Below, one piece after another: positions 40,264 through 50,122 of a stretch of DNA of 64,000 nt. Location: positions 64,001 through 128,000 of the forward strand of contig CAWAKC010000010.1 of the NCBI GenBank assembly GCA_963782525.1, in the 5' to 3' direction. The DNA is from Candidatus Bathyarchaeota archaeon. Lineage in GTDB: Archaea; Thermoproteota; Bathyarchaeia; Bathyarchaeales; Bathycorpusculaceae. The notes beneath the pieces were generated by a model. The model did no database searches. It saw only the letters and a program-made list of their open reading frames with translations, and was not told the DNA's origin. The translations under genes and the position numbers were made by a program. Every line of letters starts with the position of its first letter. The first letter of the stretch is position 1.

Positions 40264-40449
40264 GTGTCTTGGTCTGTTTGTTGTCACTGCCATAATCATG
40301 ATAGGTTTGCCGATTTTCCAGTCATCGGAACGCCATTGCCAACCCCAGAGTTTCCAACACTTATTGCTGTTGCAATAGTTCTCATAATAACCCCATTAGG
40401 AATATTGTTCTTTAAAAAGAAAGGGTTTAGCCTAAGGAACGTATCTTAA
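40264..40449 (+). pseudogene. Orphan PEF-CTERM-like sorting-signal fragment
   Basis: PLPTPEFPT + TM + FFKKK with no upstream body. Confidence 0.55.
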
Positions 40450-40947
40450 TTTAGTAAAGTCGATAAATACAACATCAAGTCCTTCTCCCAGCATGAAGCA
40501 ACAATTCTTAAATCAGCTTACATAAAATAGAAGAAGTGAAGGAACTTTAATGAACAAAAATTCAAGCACCGAGATTATAGAACAGAATGGCAAACAACTC
40601 AAAGAGAAATATGGTATCGAAGTCTATAACTTGTTTCATGGTCTATCATGTACCAAGTTAGACAAACAACAAGGATATTTCGTATTGACGTTAATGGATG
40701 AACTTTTGAAAGCAAAATGACTTGTAATCTCCGAGCCAAGCTGTGTTTTTAACAAATATTCAGATTCAGACACACAAACTCTCGAAGAAATGTGACTAAA
40801 CATTCAATCAATTAGCTCACACAATGATTCTTTTCAATTTATTGAGAAACTTGCTTTTGAGGACCATGATGCTCTATCTAAAGTCAACAGTGTTTATGCA
40901 AGGAAACGGAAACGTATACACAGTATAGAGAAGTGTGGAAATTATTT

Positions 40948-41134
40948 ATGCGGCACAAAGATATCAAATGCACTTGAAATGATTCATCTTGAAAAAGTCA
41001 TTTTCCAATCGAACGAAAACAACGAGTGGACAGTGAAAGGCGTCAAGACAGTACAAGAAGCAGAGTTGATAAGTGCAGGATTTGAGTATGTCAGCGATAT
41101 GGAAGGCTTCAAACTCTTCCGCAAACGTAAATAG
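40948..41134 (+). pseudogene. C-terminal remnant of a tyrosine integrase
   Basis: RHKDIKCT...IHLEKVIF...EWTVK.VKTVQEA.LISAGFEYVSDMEGFKLFRKRK*. The catalytic Tyr region is degenerate. Confidence 0.75.
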
Positions 41135-41395
41135 TTTGGACAATGTGCTATAACTTTGGACGATGAGAAAATCGAGGTACGATGAAGCTTAAGGTGGGGA
41201 AATTAAACGCTGGCGGCTTGTGAATACTTTTTCCGCTATTGAGTCCACAACTAAAAATATTGATATTTTATTTTGAGGTTATCGACGTAAAAAGTGACTG
41301 GTAGGAGTTTGAAACTACACAGAAGTTGAAGTATATCACACAACACCCATCTTTTTTGCATTTAATCCCTATTTTTAGGTGGAAGCAAGTTCTAA

Positions 41396-41409
41396 ACTCA
41401 AATTTGAGT
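41396..41409. promoter_or_regulatory. Perfect palindrome ACTCAAATTTGAGT at the BRE of the eL22-like gene
   Basis: 14-bp palindrome 3 nt before TTTTATAA. Confidence 0.4.
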
Positions 41410-41447
41410 AGCTTTTATAAATAGAAAAATTCCATATCATACACGGA

Positions 41448-41792
41448 GTGAAAGACTTGCTGTTTAAACATAAGAGCCTTGTAAAAGTTGACATGGCGGA
41501 TTTAGATGGTGAGAAAGAAAACCTCGCAAATTTCTTGCAAAGCCACTATAAGTTAAATTCATCAACGACTTCCAAAGGTTTGGAACTAAACACGGATGAT
41601 GTTACGATTATTTCATTGGCAAGTTTGGTAAACAAGTTTGTCTATCACAAAAATCTAAACAGCTCACATTGGGTTACAGTAGAAAATAACGTGGTTAAAA
41701 TCAATAAGTTCAAAGGTTCCAACAAGAAAAAAGAAAAACACGAGAAAGAAAAATCCCCGCATCAAACGGCAACACAGAGCTGGGGACTATAA
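41448..41792 (+). CDS. Ribosomal protein eL22-like protein (divergent)
   Basis: VKVDM..L...LANFLQ...LASLVNKFVYHKNL...WV...VVKI follows the eL22 secondary-structure and motif pattern. Confidence 0.5.
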   Translation: MKDLLFKHKSLVKVDMADLDGEKENLANFLQSHYKLNSSTTSKGLELNTDDVTIISLASLVNKFVYHKNLNSSHWVTVENNVVKINKFKGSNKKKEKHEKEKSPHQTATQSWGL

Positions 41793-41981
41793 AACACATT
41801 TCTTCCCAAATACGCTGTCTTAGGTGAAATGAGCTTTTCCAAAAATGAAACCACCCCGTTGATCAATTCCAAAAGATTTGGTCAATTTTTATGCTTGGGT
41901 GGGTGCTGTTCCAGCTTTGGAACGGTTTGTTCCTTGAGTAGAACTAAATAGCCAACTCGGCATCTCATCGAATGGTGAACT

Positions 41982-43007
41982 TTGATGGGAAAATGGCTTG
42001 AAAAATATGCAGGTTCCTGGAAATTTTGGATTTTAATCGTCGCATGCACCTATTTAGCATACGCCCTCTACTACGCCGCAAGCGGAATGCGTGACAGCAT
42101 AGGCATGATCTCTAACCAGTACATTTACTCTTCACTATCGGCTAACCCTTGGTGGTGGCTAGTTCTCTTCTACAGTAGTGAAGGCGTGGCTGGTTCGATA
42201 GCGATTATTGTTCGAGCAATAGCCGGAGCTTTAGCTGTTTATGGCACATTTCTATTTTGGAGAAAAAAAGAAACAGCAATGCCCCGATTACGAAAAAGCG
42301 TCAGCGCCGTTCTGCTACTCGAAGCTGTTTTCTTTTGGACTTTGATAGCTTCGATAATCGCTGCTGCAGCCTACAATATAGCATATGACCCGAGCTTATT
42401 TTATTTCGGCCATACTCCAGAACTGCTCCTGCTCTACGTTACATTGATTCCGTGCCTTGCGATTGTTCTAGTGGTTCCCCCGCTTCTACTCAAACTCCGA
42501 GCATCCATCAACCAGGGAGCCTCCACTCAAGAAATTCTTAAATGGGTCAGTTTAACAGGGCTTGGATACTTGTTTGTGGTTTTCTGGTTCAACTTTTCCA
42601 TGATGTGGACGGGTATAACAGTTCCATATACAAAGGTCTATGAACAGTTTGGATTTGCTTTTGTTATGCAGCCTGCTAACCTGTTCAGTTTTTGCCTTAC
42701 CTTATTTGGCCTACTCGCCGTGGCAGTAACAGCATTAACGACTGCTCTGCCGCTAATCAAAAAACAGACGACGAAAATAAATTTGACACGTGTTGGCTTG
42801 GTTTTAGTGGGGTTAGGCAGCTACTTTGTCATAACCACCATCTACTACTACCTAACAGGAGGCTACAATGCCCACCCGAGCGTCTGGTATGAGGTTATAG
42901 GCCCCCTGCATAATCCAAACCTGTGGGTGATAGCGTTTGTTTTCCTTGGCGTCCCCCTCATACTTTTAGGCAGAAACAAAAAGAACTCAATTCCCCATAA
43001 CTCATAA
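41982..43007 (+). CDS. Multi-pass membrane protein
   Basis: About 8 hydrophobic segments; GGTGA RBS. Confidence 0.8.
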   Translation: MMGKWLEKYAGSWKFWILIVACTYLAYALYYAASGMRDSIGMISNQYIYSSLSANPWWWLVLFYSSEGVAGSIAIIVRAIAGALAVYGTFLFWRKKETAMPRLRKSVSAVLLLEAVFFWTLIASIIAAAAYNIAYDPSLFYFGHTPELLLLYVTLIPCLAIVLVVPPLLLKLRASINQGASTQEILKWVSLTGLGYLFVVFWFNFSMMWTGITVPYTKVYEQFGFAFVMQPANLFSFCLTLFGLLAVAVTALTTALPLIKKQTTKINLTRVGLVLVGLGSYFVITTIYYYLTGGYNAHPSVWYEVIGPLHNPNLWVIAFVFLGVPLILLGRNKKNSIPHNS

Positions 43008-43255
43008 CCAGATCATACAATTTTTTTCTTCTCTGATTACCCTCTTGAGCTGAGGTTTAATTGAGGAAGCGCTGTAAACGGGTAAATTTGGATTCCATTT
43101 ACTTAGCGCTGTCTAATCTCAACTGAAAACAACATAATCTGAACCAAAACTTAAGACGCATTCATCCAGAGGATGCCGAAAAATGATAAATCTCAAATGT
43201 TAAGATTTTCAGCCTATACCCTATCTTTTATAAATATAAAAAAATAAGGTGCCAA

Positions 43256-43588
43256 CTAATCGGTGCCTAAAATTTTCACTTTCACGGATATTTCTTCGGA
43301 TATTTGATCTCGTGTTTTACCTTCAGTAGGGATTCCAAGTCTCTGAGTTGTTTCAAGCAACATTTCATCTTTAGACTTTATTGCAGATGCAGGTTTAGAT
43401 ACCACAGCAACAGTGTTTGTATTGGCCATAGTTGTGGCTGCGGCATCAGTGAATTCTTTCTGTGCTTTGGCAAATTCGCCTTTAGCTCTGCCTAAAGATT
43501 TAGCAAACTGTGGAATCTTTGCGGGACCCCACATGATGATAACGATTGCAACAACACCGATGATAATCCATTCCCATCCTTCAAGCAT
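43256..43588 (-). CDS. tatA: Twin-arginine translocase TatA/E subunit, copy 2
   Basis: Same N- and C-terminal sequence as 36574..36915. Confidence 0.9.
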   Translation of the reverse strand: MLEGWEWIIIGVVAIVIIMWGPAKIPQFAKSLGRAKGEFAKAQKEFTDAAATTMANTNTVAVVSKPASAIKSKDEMLLETTQRLGIPTEGKTRDQISEEISVKVKILGTD

Positions 43589-43774
43589 TTAAAAAATACT
43601 CCAAAAGGTTTTTCTTAGCTAACTCTTAGGCGGTTGAATTCTTAAATATCTTTGTTGGTGTACGTCAAAAATCACGACCGCTTGCGAGCTAGCTGTTTCT
43701 ATTCTGTGAAGCAGATAAATATACGATTGTGTTATCTTTGAGAAAGAAAAAGTTCGCTTCCTGGAGAAAAATCA

Positions 43775-44992
43775 ATGAAGTATCTGCTCGTTGTCGGAGA
43801 TGGAATGGCTGATTACCCAGTGCCAGAATTGGAAAACAAGACACCGCTTCAAGTAGCCTACAAACCCAACATAGACTCAATAGCGGCAAGAGGCAGAAGC
43901 GGCTTAATCAAAAACGTGCCAGATGAGATGGCTCCAGGCTCAGAAACAGCAATTTGTTCAGTGTTAGGTTACGACCCACGCATTTATTGTACTGGTAGAG
44001 GACCGTTGGAAGCGCCTTCAAGAGGCATAAAATTGGGCGAAAACGACACTGCGTACAGATGCAACCTAATTACCGAGAAAGAAGGAAAAATCCTCGATTA
44101 TTCCGCTGGACATATAACCACTCAGGAAGCAACCCAGCTAATAGCAGCCATAAATGGTGCGTTAGGAAAAACAAACCAGATAGAATTCTATGCAGGTTTA
44201 GATTATCGGCATTTCTTGATTCTACGCAACTTCAGCGATTCAGAACAAATCCAGTGCATTCCACCCCATGATGCCATAGGACAAGCAGTTGCGGAAGTTT
44301 CTCCAAAAGCCAAATCGCCGAACGCTGAAAAATCAGCCAAACTACTGAGGGATTTAATTGAAGCGTCCAGAAAAATCCTGCAGTCACATTCCGTGAACGT
44401 TGCGCGAGAAAAAGCAGGGAAACGACCAGGAAACTTGATTTGGCCCTGGGGAGGAGGCAAAAAACCTTCCATGCCAACACTTAAAGAAAAGTATGGGCTG
44501 AAACAATCCGCTGTTATTTCCGCGGTTGATTTGGTGAAGGGCATTGGAACTTACGCTGGCATGGAAATCATTACTGTTGAGGGTGCAACGGGCTTAGATA
44601 ACACGAATTATGAAGGCAAAGCCGATGCAGCATTAAAAGCACTGAAGACAAACGACTTGGTTTTTGTGCATATTGAAGCACCCGACGAAGCCGGGCATTG
44701 TAAAGATTACAATTTGAAAGTCAAAACAATTGAGGATATAGATAAACGGATGCTCGGCAGGATTCTCAAAGGTTTAAGTGAACCTTACGCAGTTGCCATC
44801 TTGCCTGACCATCCAACACCCATCAAAATTGGAACACACACAAGGGAACCTGTACCTTTCGCAATTTCGTCGCCTTACCTGAAACCTGACGGCGTTAAAA
44901 AGTTTGATGAGTTCTCCGCAAAAAAAGGCGGTTACGGTTTAGTCGAGAATGAATACCTGATTTCTCTTCTTCTAAAGTCAGGCAAACCTTAG
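43775..44992 (+). CDS. apgM: Cofactor-independent phosphoglycerate mutase (ApgM family)
   Basis: GDGMAD, GSET, GRGPLEA, HIEAPDEAGH, DHPTP...HT.EPVP. Confidence 0.92.
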   Translation: MKYLLVVGDGMADYPVPELENKTPLQVAYKPNIDSIAARGRSGLIKNVPDEMAPGSETAICSVLGYDPRIYCTGRGPLEAPSRGIKLGENDTAYRCNLITEKEGKILDYSAGHITTQEATQLIAAINGALGKTNQIEFYAGLDYRHFLILRNFSDSEQIQCIPPHDAIGQAVAEVSPKAKSPNAEKSAKLLRDLIEASRKILQSHSVNVAREKAGKRPGNLIWPWGGGKKPSMPTLKEKYGLKQSAVISAVDLVKGIGTYAGMEIITVEGATGLDNTNYEGKADAALKALKTNDLVFVHIEAPDEAGHCKDYNLKVKTIEDIDKRMLGRILKGLSEPYAVAILPDHPTPIKIGTHTREPVPFAISSPYLKPDGVKKFDEFSAKKGGYGLVENEYLISLLLKSGKP

Positions 44993-44995
44993 CAT

Positions 44996-45313
44996 TTATT
45001 CGGTTTTTGGGCATTCCTTCGAATCGATGGCTTTTATGCGTTTAGTTATGGCAGTTTTTATTTCCGGATCATCTTCGCTGTGGACTGCGTCGACCAACAG
45101 TTTTTTGGCTGTGCAGAGGCTTTTTTCTCCGAAGAGTTTAGCGAATTTGCTGCTGCGTTTTTCTAGTATGCGGAAATATCTTGGTAGGACGCAGACGAAG
45201 TTTAAAGGGTATTTTTTGCTTTTGTCTAGGTCAACTACGACTAGTTGGATGCGGTTTAATTGTTGGCTTGAGTTTTTTATTGCGTATATTTTTAAGTTCA
45301 ATTTTCCCCTCAC
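44996..45313 (-). CDS. Hypothetical basic protein
   Basis: 105-aa ORF; VVDLDKSKKYPLNFVCVLP. Confidence 0.65.
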   Translation of the reverse strand: MRGKLNLKIYAIKNSSQQLNRIQLVVVDLDKSKKYPLNFVCVLPRYFRILEKRSSKFAKLFGEKSLCTAKKLLVDAVHSEDDPEIKTAITKRIKAIDSKECPKTE

Positions 45314-45444
45314 CCATGCCTAATTAGTAAATTTGTGGTGACTACAAGTTAAACTTCTTGTTATAACTTACCCTTGCCCTCTGATTCATATTAAACTTTT
45401 CCAAAAACACTCCCAAAAGCCCAAAAAAATTTCTACTCTTAACC

Positions 45445-46770
45445 TTAAGTCTGCGAAAAAATATTTCCATTCAAAACATTGTTCAAGAAACCGCTCTCTT
45501 CATTTACCCCGAACCTCTGTGTCCCAATTGCTTGATCATCAAAACATCTGTTATTATTTATCGTGTTGTTAGAAGAAGCAATGCATATCCCATCGAAGTT
45601 GCATGCCGATTTTTTTCCATTATCATAAACCACGTTTGAATCAATCAATGTATTTGTTGAGTTTTTGAAAAGGAAGATTCCGTCTTCCCAATTCCTAAAC
45701 ACAGAATTAGAAGAAATTACTGTGCCCCTCGTCAAAGAACCCATAACAGCTATACCAGCGCCTTCCCTAAAGATGGCTGAATTATTAACCACTGAATTAC
45801 CAATGATTTGGGTCTCTGCAGAATTACTTTCAACACCAATTCCAGCAGCTCCATTATTGAAAACAAAATTTCCAGAAACTACCGTGCCATTACTTTGCGC
45901 TACAGAAATTCCATCCACAACATTATCGTGACAAGTATTATTAAACACGAAATTTCCAACTGTCCCACCCGACTGCAAAGTTGCACCGATTTCTATGCCG
46001 TCTCCTAGAGTGCCCATTTGACCACTTCTAGACACAAAGTTGTTTCCAATCCTATTGTAATTTGACCCGTCAGAAACGGTAATTCCAGACCAATAAGTCA
46101 AATCTACCTTATTGTTTGTAATGGATGATTCAGTGGTGTTCCAAACGGCAATACCGAAACCATACCGCGCAGCATTGATAGAATTGTTATCTATTGTGAT
46201 GTTGGATGAATAGAGGGTCGTAATTCCATTATAGTATGTGTTGCTTATTTCACAATTTTCAATAAGGATATTCTGGCTTTTTGTCACGTATATCCCAGAC
46301 GTTTTATTTCCTAATTCAACATTGATTTGCAAATTGCGAATTGACCAACCGTTTACCCCTGAAACGGTAAACGCGCTGATGGCTGAGCTCGAAATAAGGA
46401 GTACAGTATCGGTTCCTTGCCCTTCGATAAAGACGTTGTTAGCTTGCTTGGTTATCGTGTTTGTTAAAGCAAATATTCCTGCTCCAAGAACTATGTGCGA
46501 ATCATTGTTAATCAGGGAATTTATCGTATAACTTACATTTGTCGACGAAAAAATTATTGTGTCATCTGTTTTGTTTATTGCTTGATATCCATCGAAACCA
46601 TCCGGTTGAACCAAAAAAGTTGTTCCGTCAAAATCGAGCGCTCTCACTATCGTTTCTTGAGAACTTAAGTTAGGTGTCGCAGCCGAACCTTCAACCGATA
46701 TAAGAGTCGGTATAATGACAACGATTGTAAGTGCGAGGCATGCGATGACGAAAATTGCCTTAGGTTTCAT
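45445..46770 (-). CDS. Secreted right-handed parallel beta-helix (NosD/CASH-like) protein
   Basis: Signal peptide; IEGQG..TVL; repeated GI.V..S.N..I.NN rungs. Confidence 0.85.
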   Translation of the reverse strand: MKPKAIFVIACLALTIVVIIPTLISVEGSAATPNLSSQETIVRALDFDGTTFLVQPDGFDGYQAINKTDDTIIFSSTNVSYTINSLINNDSHIVLGAGIFALTNTITKQANNVFIEGQGTDTVLLISSSAISAFTVSGVNGWSIRNLQINVELGNKTSGIYVTKSQNILIENCEISNTYYNGITTLYSSNITIDNNSINAARYGFGIAVWNTTESSITNNKVDLTYWSGITVSDGSNYNRIGNNFVSRSGQMGTLGDGIEIGATLQSGGTVGNFVFNNTCHDNVVDGISVAQSNGTVVSGNFVFNNGAAGIGVESNSAETQIIGNSVVNNSAIFREGAGIAVMGSLTRGTVISSNSVFRNWEDGIFLFKNSTNTLIDSNVVYDNGKKSACNFDGICIASSNNTINNNRCFDDQAIGTQRFGVNEESGFLNNVLNGNIFSQT

Positions 46771-46921
46771 TGATGATCTAGGCGTATTGCGTATTAAGTA
46801 TTAATAAATGCTGTGCGTTTGAAATAAGTATCGAAATTATAGAAAACTCCCAAAAAGCTCTCACAAAAAGTCCAGATTATCGACGGAAAGATCCAAGAAA
46901 TTTGAGAAAATTTCAAAAATT

Positions 46922-47521
46922 TTATTCAGTGGTATGCATTTGCCGTTTCCCCACTACCTTTGCAGGGTTTCCTGCCACAATTTCATACGGGTTAACGCTT
47001 TTTGTAACCACGGCTCCCGCTCCAATTATAGCGTGATGCCCAATGGTTACTCCCTTCAAAATAATGGCTCGACAACATATCCACGCGTAATCTTCTATCA
47101 CAACAGGCTTAATCTGTTCTTCTAAACCGTCAACAGGATGGAAATCCCTATCCATAATTACCACATCCCAAGCTATCAAAACCCGCTTTCCGATATCGAC
47201 AAATTCACCTGCTCGAATTTGCGTGTTATTCCCTATTTGAGTTTCCTGCCCAATTCGCAGGTAACTTTTTTTTCGAATTCCTTCACACCAAAGTTTTATG
47301 TTTGGATACAAAAGAACAAAATTTTCAAAATCAATAACTCCATTGTAAATTTTTAAATCTAAACCCCGACCAACACAAACAAATGCCTTCTTTTTAAATT
47401 TTAAACTTATTAAAGTTCCACGGAAATATCCAAAGGTAATAGAAATTCGTTCTCTGACTCCTCTGTATTTACGAATGTTCTTAACGTAAAGTCTGTAAAG
47501 GAAAAGTAAACGATTAGGCAC
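46922..47521 (-). CDS. Hexapeptide-repeat (LbH) sugar O-acyltransferase
   Basis: IMDRDFH, PVVIEDYAWI, IIGAGAVVTKSV, AGNPAK. Confidence 0.9.
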   Translation of the reverse strand: MPNRLLFLYRLYVKNIRKYRGVRERISITFGYFRGTLISLKFKKKAFVCVGRGLDLKIYNGVIDFENFVLLYPNIKLWCEGIRKKSYLRIGQETQIGNNTQIRAGEFVDIGKRVLIAWDVVIMDRDFHPVDGLEEQIKPVVIEDYAWICCRAIILKGVTIGHHAIIGAGAVVTKSVNPYEIVAGNPAKVVGKRQMHTTE

Positions 47522-48598
47522 TCATTTCATCCTCTCAAAAAGATCCTCATATTTTTTCACAATATGTTCCCAATCAAAATGTTTTATGCATTTTAAACTC
47601 TTCTTGCGCAAGCCTTCTGCGAGCTTCTCGTCAGATAAAACGTGCACCAACTCATTTGCCAAAGCTGATGGGTCGTTAGGTGGGACCAGAAGGGCTGAAT
47701 CTCCTACTACCTCCGGAATTCCACCAACTCTGGTTGTAACAATGGGAAGCCCATAAGCCATCGCTTCAAGGTAAACAACCCCAAAACTTTCTGTTCGTGG
47801 AGAAATACAGAGTAAGCTACAGTTTTTTAAGAGTTGAGATTTTGTGGGGTTAGTAATCGGTCCTTTAAATTCAACGTTTCTGCTAATTTTCAGTTTCTTT
47901 GTGAGATCTTTCAGCATCTTTTCATCTTTTCCATCGCCCGCAAACCACAATTTAACACCTGGAACTTTGGAAATAACTTTTGGCATAGCTTGAAGAAGGA
48001 TATCTTGGCCTTTATGAGCTGTATCCAATCTTGCCAAGCACAAAATAATCTTACTTGGAAAATCTACTTTTGGTACGTTAAGCGGTGGCAGAGTAATTCC
48101 GTTAGGAATTAAGCTAATTTTCTCAGGACTCACACCTCTTTTTGTCAGATGTTGCTTTTCCAATTTCGTCGTGGCGACAACATGGTCACATAATCTTAGT
48201 GGAATACTTCTTGAAAGATCTCCAAATGGATAGATTTTGGCAGTCGGATCACTGTGAGTTGTTATTAGTGTAGGTTTGTTGGAAAAAACTGAAGCATATG
48301 TTGGAAAAAAACCGTAGGCATGCGCATGGACAACATCTGCATCGTTTTTTATAGCTGATAACAACATTTTTGGCGATATTCTTCCAACGTCATATTTTAG
48401 TTTAATAAGTCTAAAGTTAAAAATGCGATGAATCTTGACTCCGTCTATAACTTCATTTTTTGTTGTGCCTTTCTCTCTTCCGCAAATTACTTCGACTTCG
48501 AACCCATCCCTTACTAAGCGTTTACAAATTTCATGAGTGTTAACCTCAACTCCTCCAAGGAAAGGCAAATAGTGTTCAGTCAGTTGAAGTATTTTCAT
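47522..48598 (-). CDS. GT4 glycosyltransferase
   Basis: GGVE, HKGQD, ESFGVVYLEAMAYG..GGIPEVV. Confidence 0.93.
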   Translation of the reverse strand: MKILQLTEHYLPFLGGVEVNTHEICKRLVRDGFEVEVICGREKGTTKNEVIDGVKIHRIFNFRLIKLKYDVGRISPKMLLSAIKNDADVVHAHAYGFFPTYASVFSNKPTLITTHSDPTAKIYPFGDLSRSIPLRLCDHVVATTKLEKQHLTKRGVSPEKISLIPNGITLPPLNVPKVDFPSKIILCLARLDTAHKGQDILLQAMPKVISKVPGVKLWFAGDGKDEKMLKDLTKKLKISRNVEFKGPITNPTKSQLLKNCSLLCISPRTESFGVVYLEAMAYGLPIVTTRVGGIPEVVGDSALLVPPNDPSALANELVHVLSDEKLAEGLRKKSLKCIKHFDWEHIVKKYEDLFERMK

Positions 48599-48622
48599 TT
48601 TTATGGCACCCCAGCCAATTTT

Positions 48623-50122
48623 TTAAACCGGGATAGAGACGTAATAAATTTCTATCTCCTTGATTGATTGTCCATAGAAAACAGCCATACAAGTTCCATT
48701 TTCTAGAATGTAATTCAAAGTGGAATTGTCAGCTAAATATGCCCATCTGGGAGAAGTAATGAAGTAGTGTATACCTTGCCCTTGGATAGAGTTTAAGGTA
48801 GGATAGGATTCCTTATTTACGATCTGATAGTTGGTAGACAAGAATTGATATGTATATTGTGGAACCCAAATCTTTTCGCCGTTTGAAATGTTTGTCTGGA
48901 CCCAATTAATTGATTGACTTACTGCAGTGTCATTGCCGCCATCGACAAATACCCAGACCATTGTATTGTAACCAATTACGACGAAGAGCAGCATTAACCA
49001 TGCAAATAACACTTTCTTGTTTCGGTAAATTTGTTTAAACGCAAATTTAGAAATAATGTAGCCTGCGATGATTGCCGCAGGTATAGTAATATAAATAAAA
49101 AATTGTGAATTGTGGGCTCCAATGGCGCCGAAGAAGATCACCGCGCCTATAAACCAAGAAGTCAGCAGTAGAGTAAATTTGTTTCTTTCTCTTGTTAAGA
49201 AGTAAGCTGAAGCGAGGGTGGCGATTCCAATCAAAATGTAAGTGATGAGGTACATGTTGACTGTTGAAATTAAATCCGTAGTGAAAGCCGAATAACCTGG
49301 GGTGGTGTACCCTTGATCTCTGACAATCCAAAGTGCTCGTTCCAAAAGGTAATACTTGGTTCGTAAGAAAGTTGAAGCGTCAATTGAGAGCGCCCATATA
49401 ATGTATCCAAGGTACATGATGAGGCCGGTTGCTATGAACGTAAGTGGTCCTTTAATCTTGATTTTTGTTTTTGCTGCAAACTTGGTAAGCCACCAATACA
49501 TGGCAATTATGACTATAACAAAGAGGGCTAATTCTTTGGTTAGCATCGCCAAACCGAAGAATATTCCACCTATGACATAATTCTTTAGATTATTTTCGGA
49601 ATTTGCTCTTGCAAAAAAGACCAAAGCGACTATTGCAAACAGCATTACAAGAGACTCTAAGAGGCCTATTCTGCTATACTTTAAGGCGTACGGTTCAAGC
49701 ATCAACACAAATGCTGTTGCAGCACCAACTCTAATTTCACTAATTTTAGTAATCCATATGAACACCACAACCACAGCCAACGAAGCGTACAAACAGGATG
49801 TCAACCTGGCAGTGAACACGTTGGATAGAGTTAGCTCACTGATTCCTGTTAATTGGAAGAAAATACTTTGTAAGGCATAAAATAATGGTGGGTGAATAAA
49901 CCATGGAGAATTAAGCTCAACTAGATGACCGAATTGTGGTAGCTTCAGGGCCACATTAGTATACAGGACTTCGTCGCCGAATATGTCTGGACTTGAAGAA
50001 AGTCCGTACACTCTTAGAGCGAAAGCTAAAACAAATAAGGTGACGCTAAATAATACGATTAGCTGATTTTTAACTAAAATTTCTTTAAAGTTACTCCTGC
50101 GATCACCGATCGATTCTTTCAA
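48623..50122 (-). CDS. GT-C (ArnT/PMT_2, GT39/83-like) membrane glycosyltransferase
   Basis: DEVLY, HPPL, TARL, AMLTKE; many TM segments. Confidence 0.87.
   Translation of the reverse strand: MKESIGDRRSNFKEILVKNQLIVLFSVTLFVLAFALRVYGLSSSPDIFGDEVLYTNVALKLPQFGHLVELNSPWFIHPPLFYALQSIFFQLTGISELTLSNVFTARLTSCLYASLAVVVVFIWITKISEIRVGAATAFVLMLEPYALKYSRIGLLESLVMLFAIVALVFFARANSENNLKNYVIGGIFFGLAMLTKELALFVIVIIAMYWWLTKFAAKTKIKIKGPLTFIATGLIMYLGYIIWALSIDASTFLRTKYYLLERALWIVRDQGYTTPGYSAFTTDLISTVNMYLITYILIGIATLASAYFLTRERNKFTLLLTSWFIGAVIFFGAIGAHNSQFFIYITIPAAIIAGYIISKFAFKQIYRNKKVLFAWLMLLFVVIGYNTMVWVFVDGGNDTAVSQSINWVQTNISNGEKIWVPQYTYQFLSTNYQIVNKESYPTLNSIQGQGIHYFITSPRWAYLADNSTLNYILENGTCMAVFYGQSIKEIEIYYVSIPV

Larger units (their letters stand above)
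39569..41173. mobile_element. Decayed integrative element bounded by 18-bp direct repeats
   Basis: TTGGACGATGAGAAAATC occurs at 39569-39586 and 41156-41173. The interior is AT-rich gene debris ending in an integrase C-terminal fragment. Confidence 0.6.
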
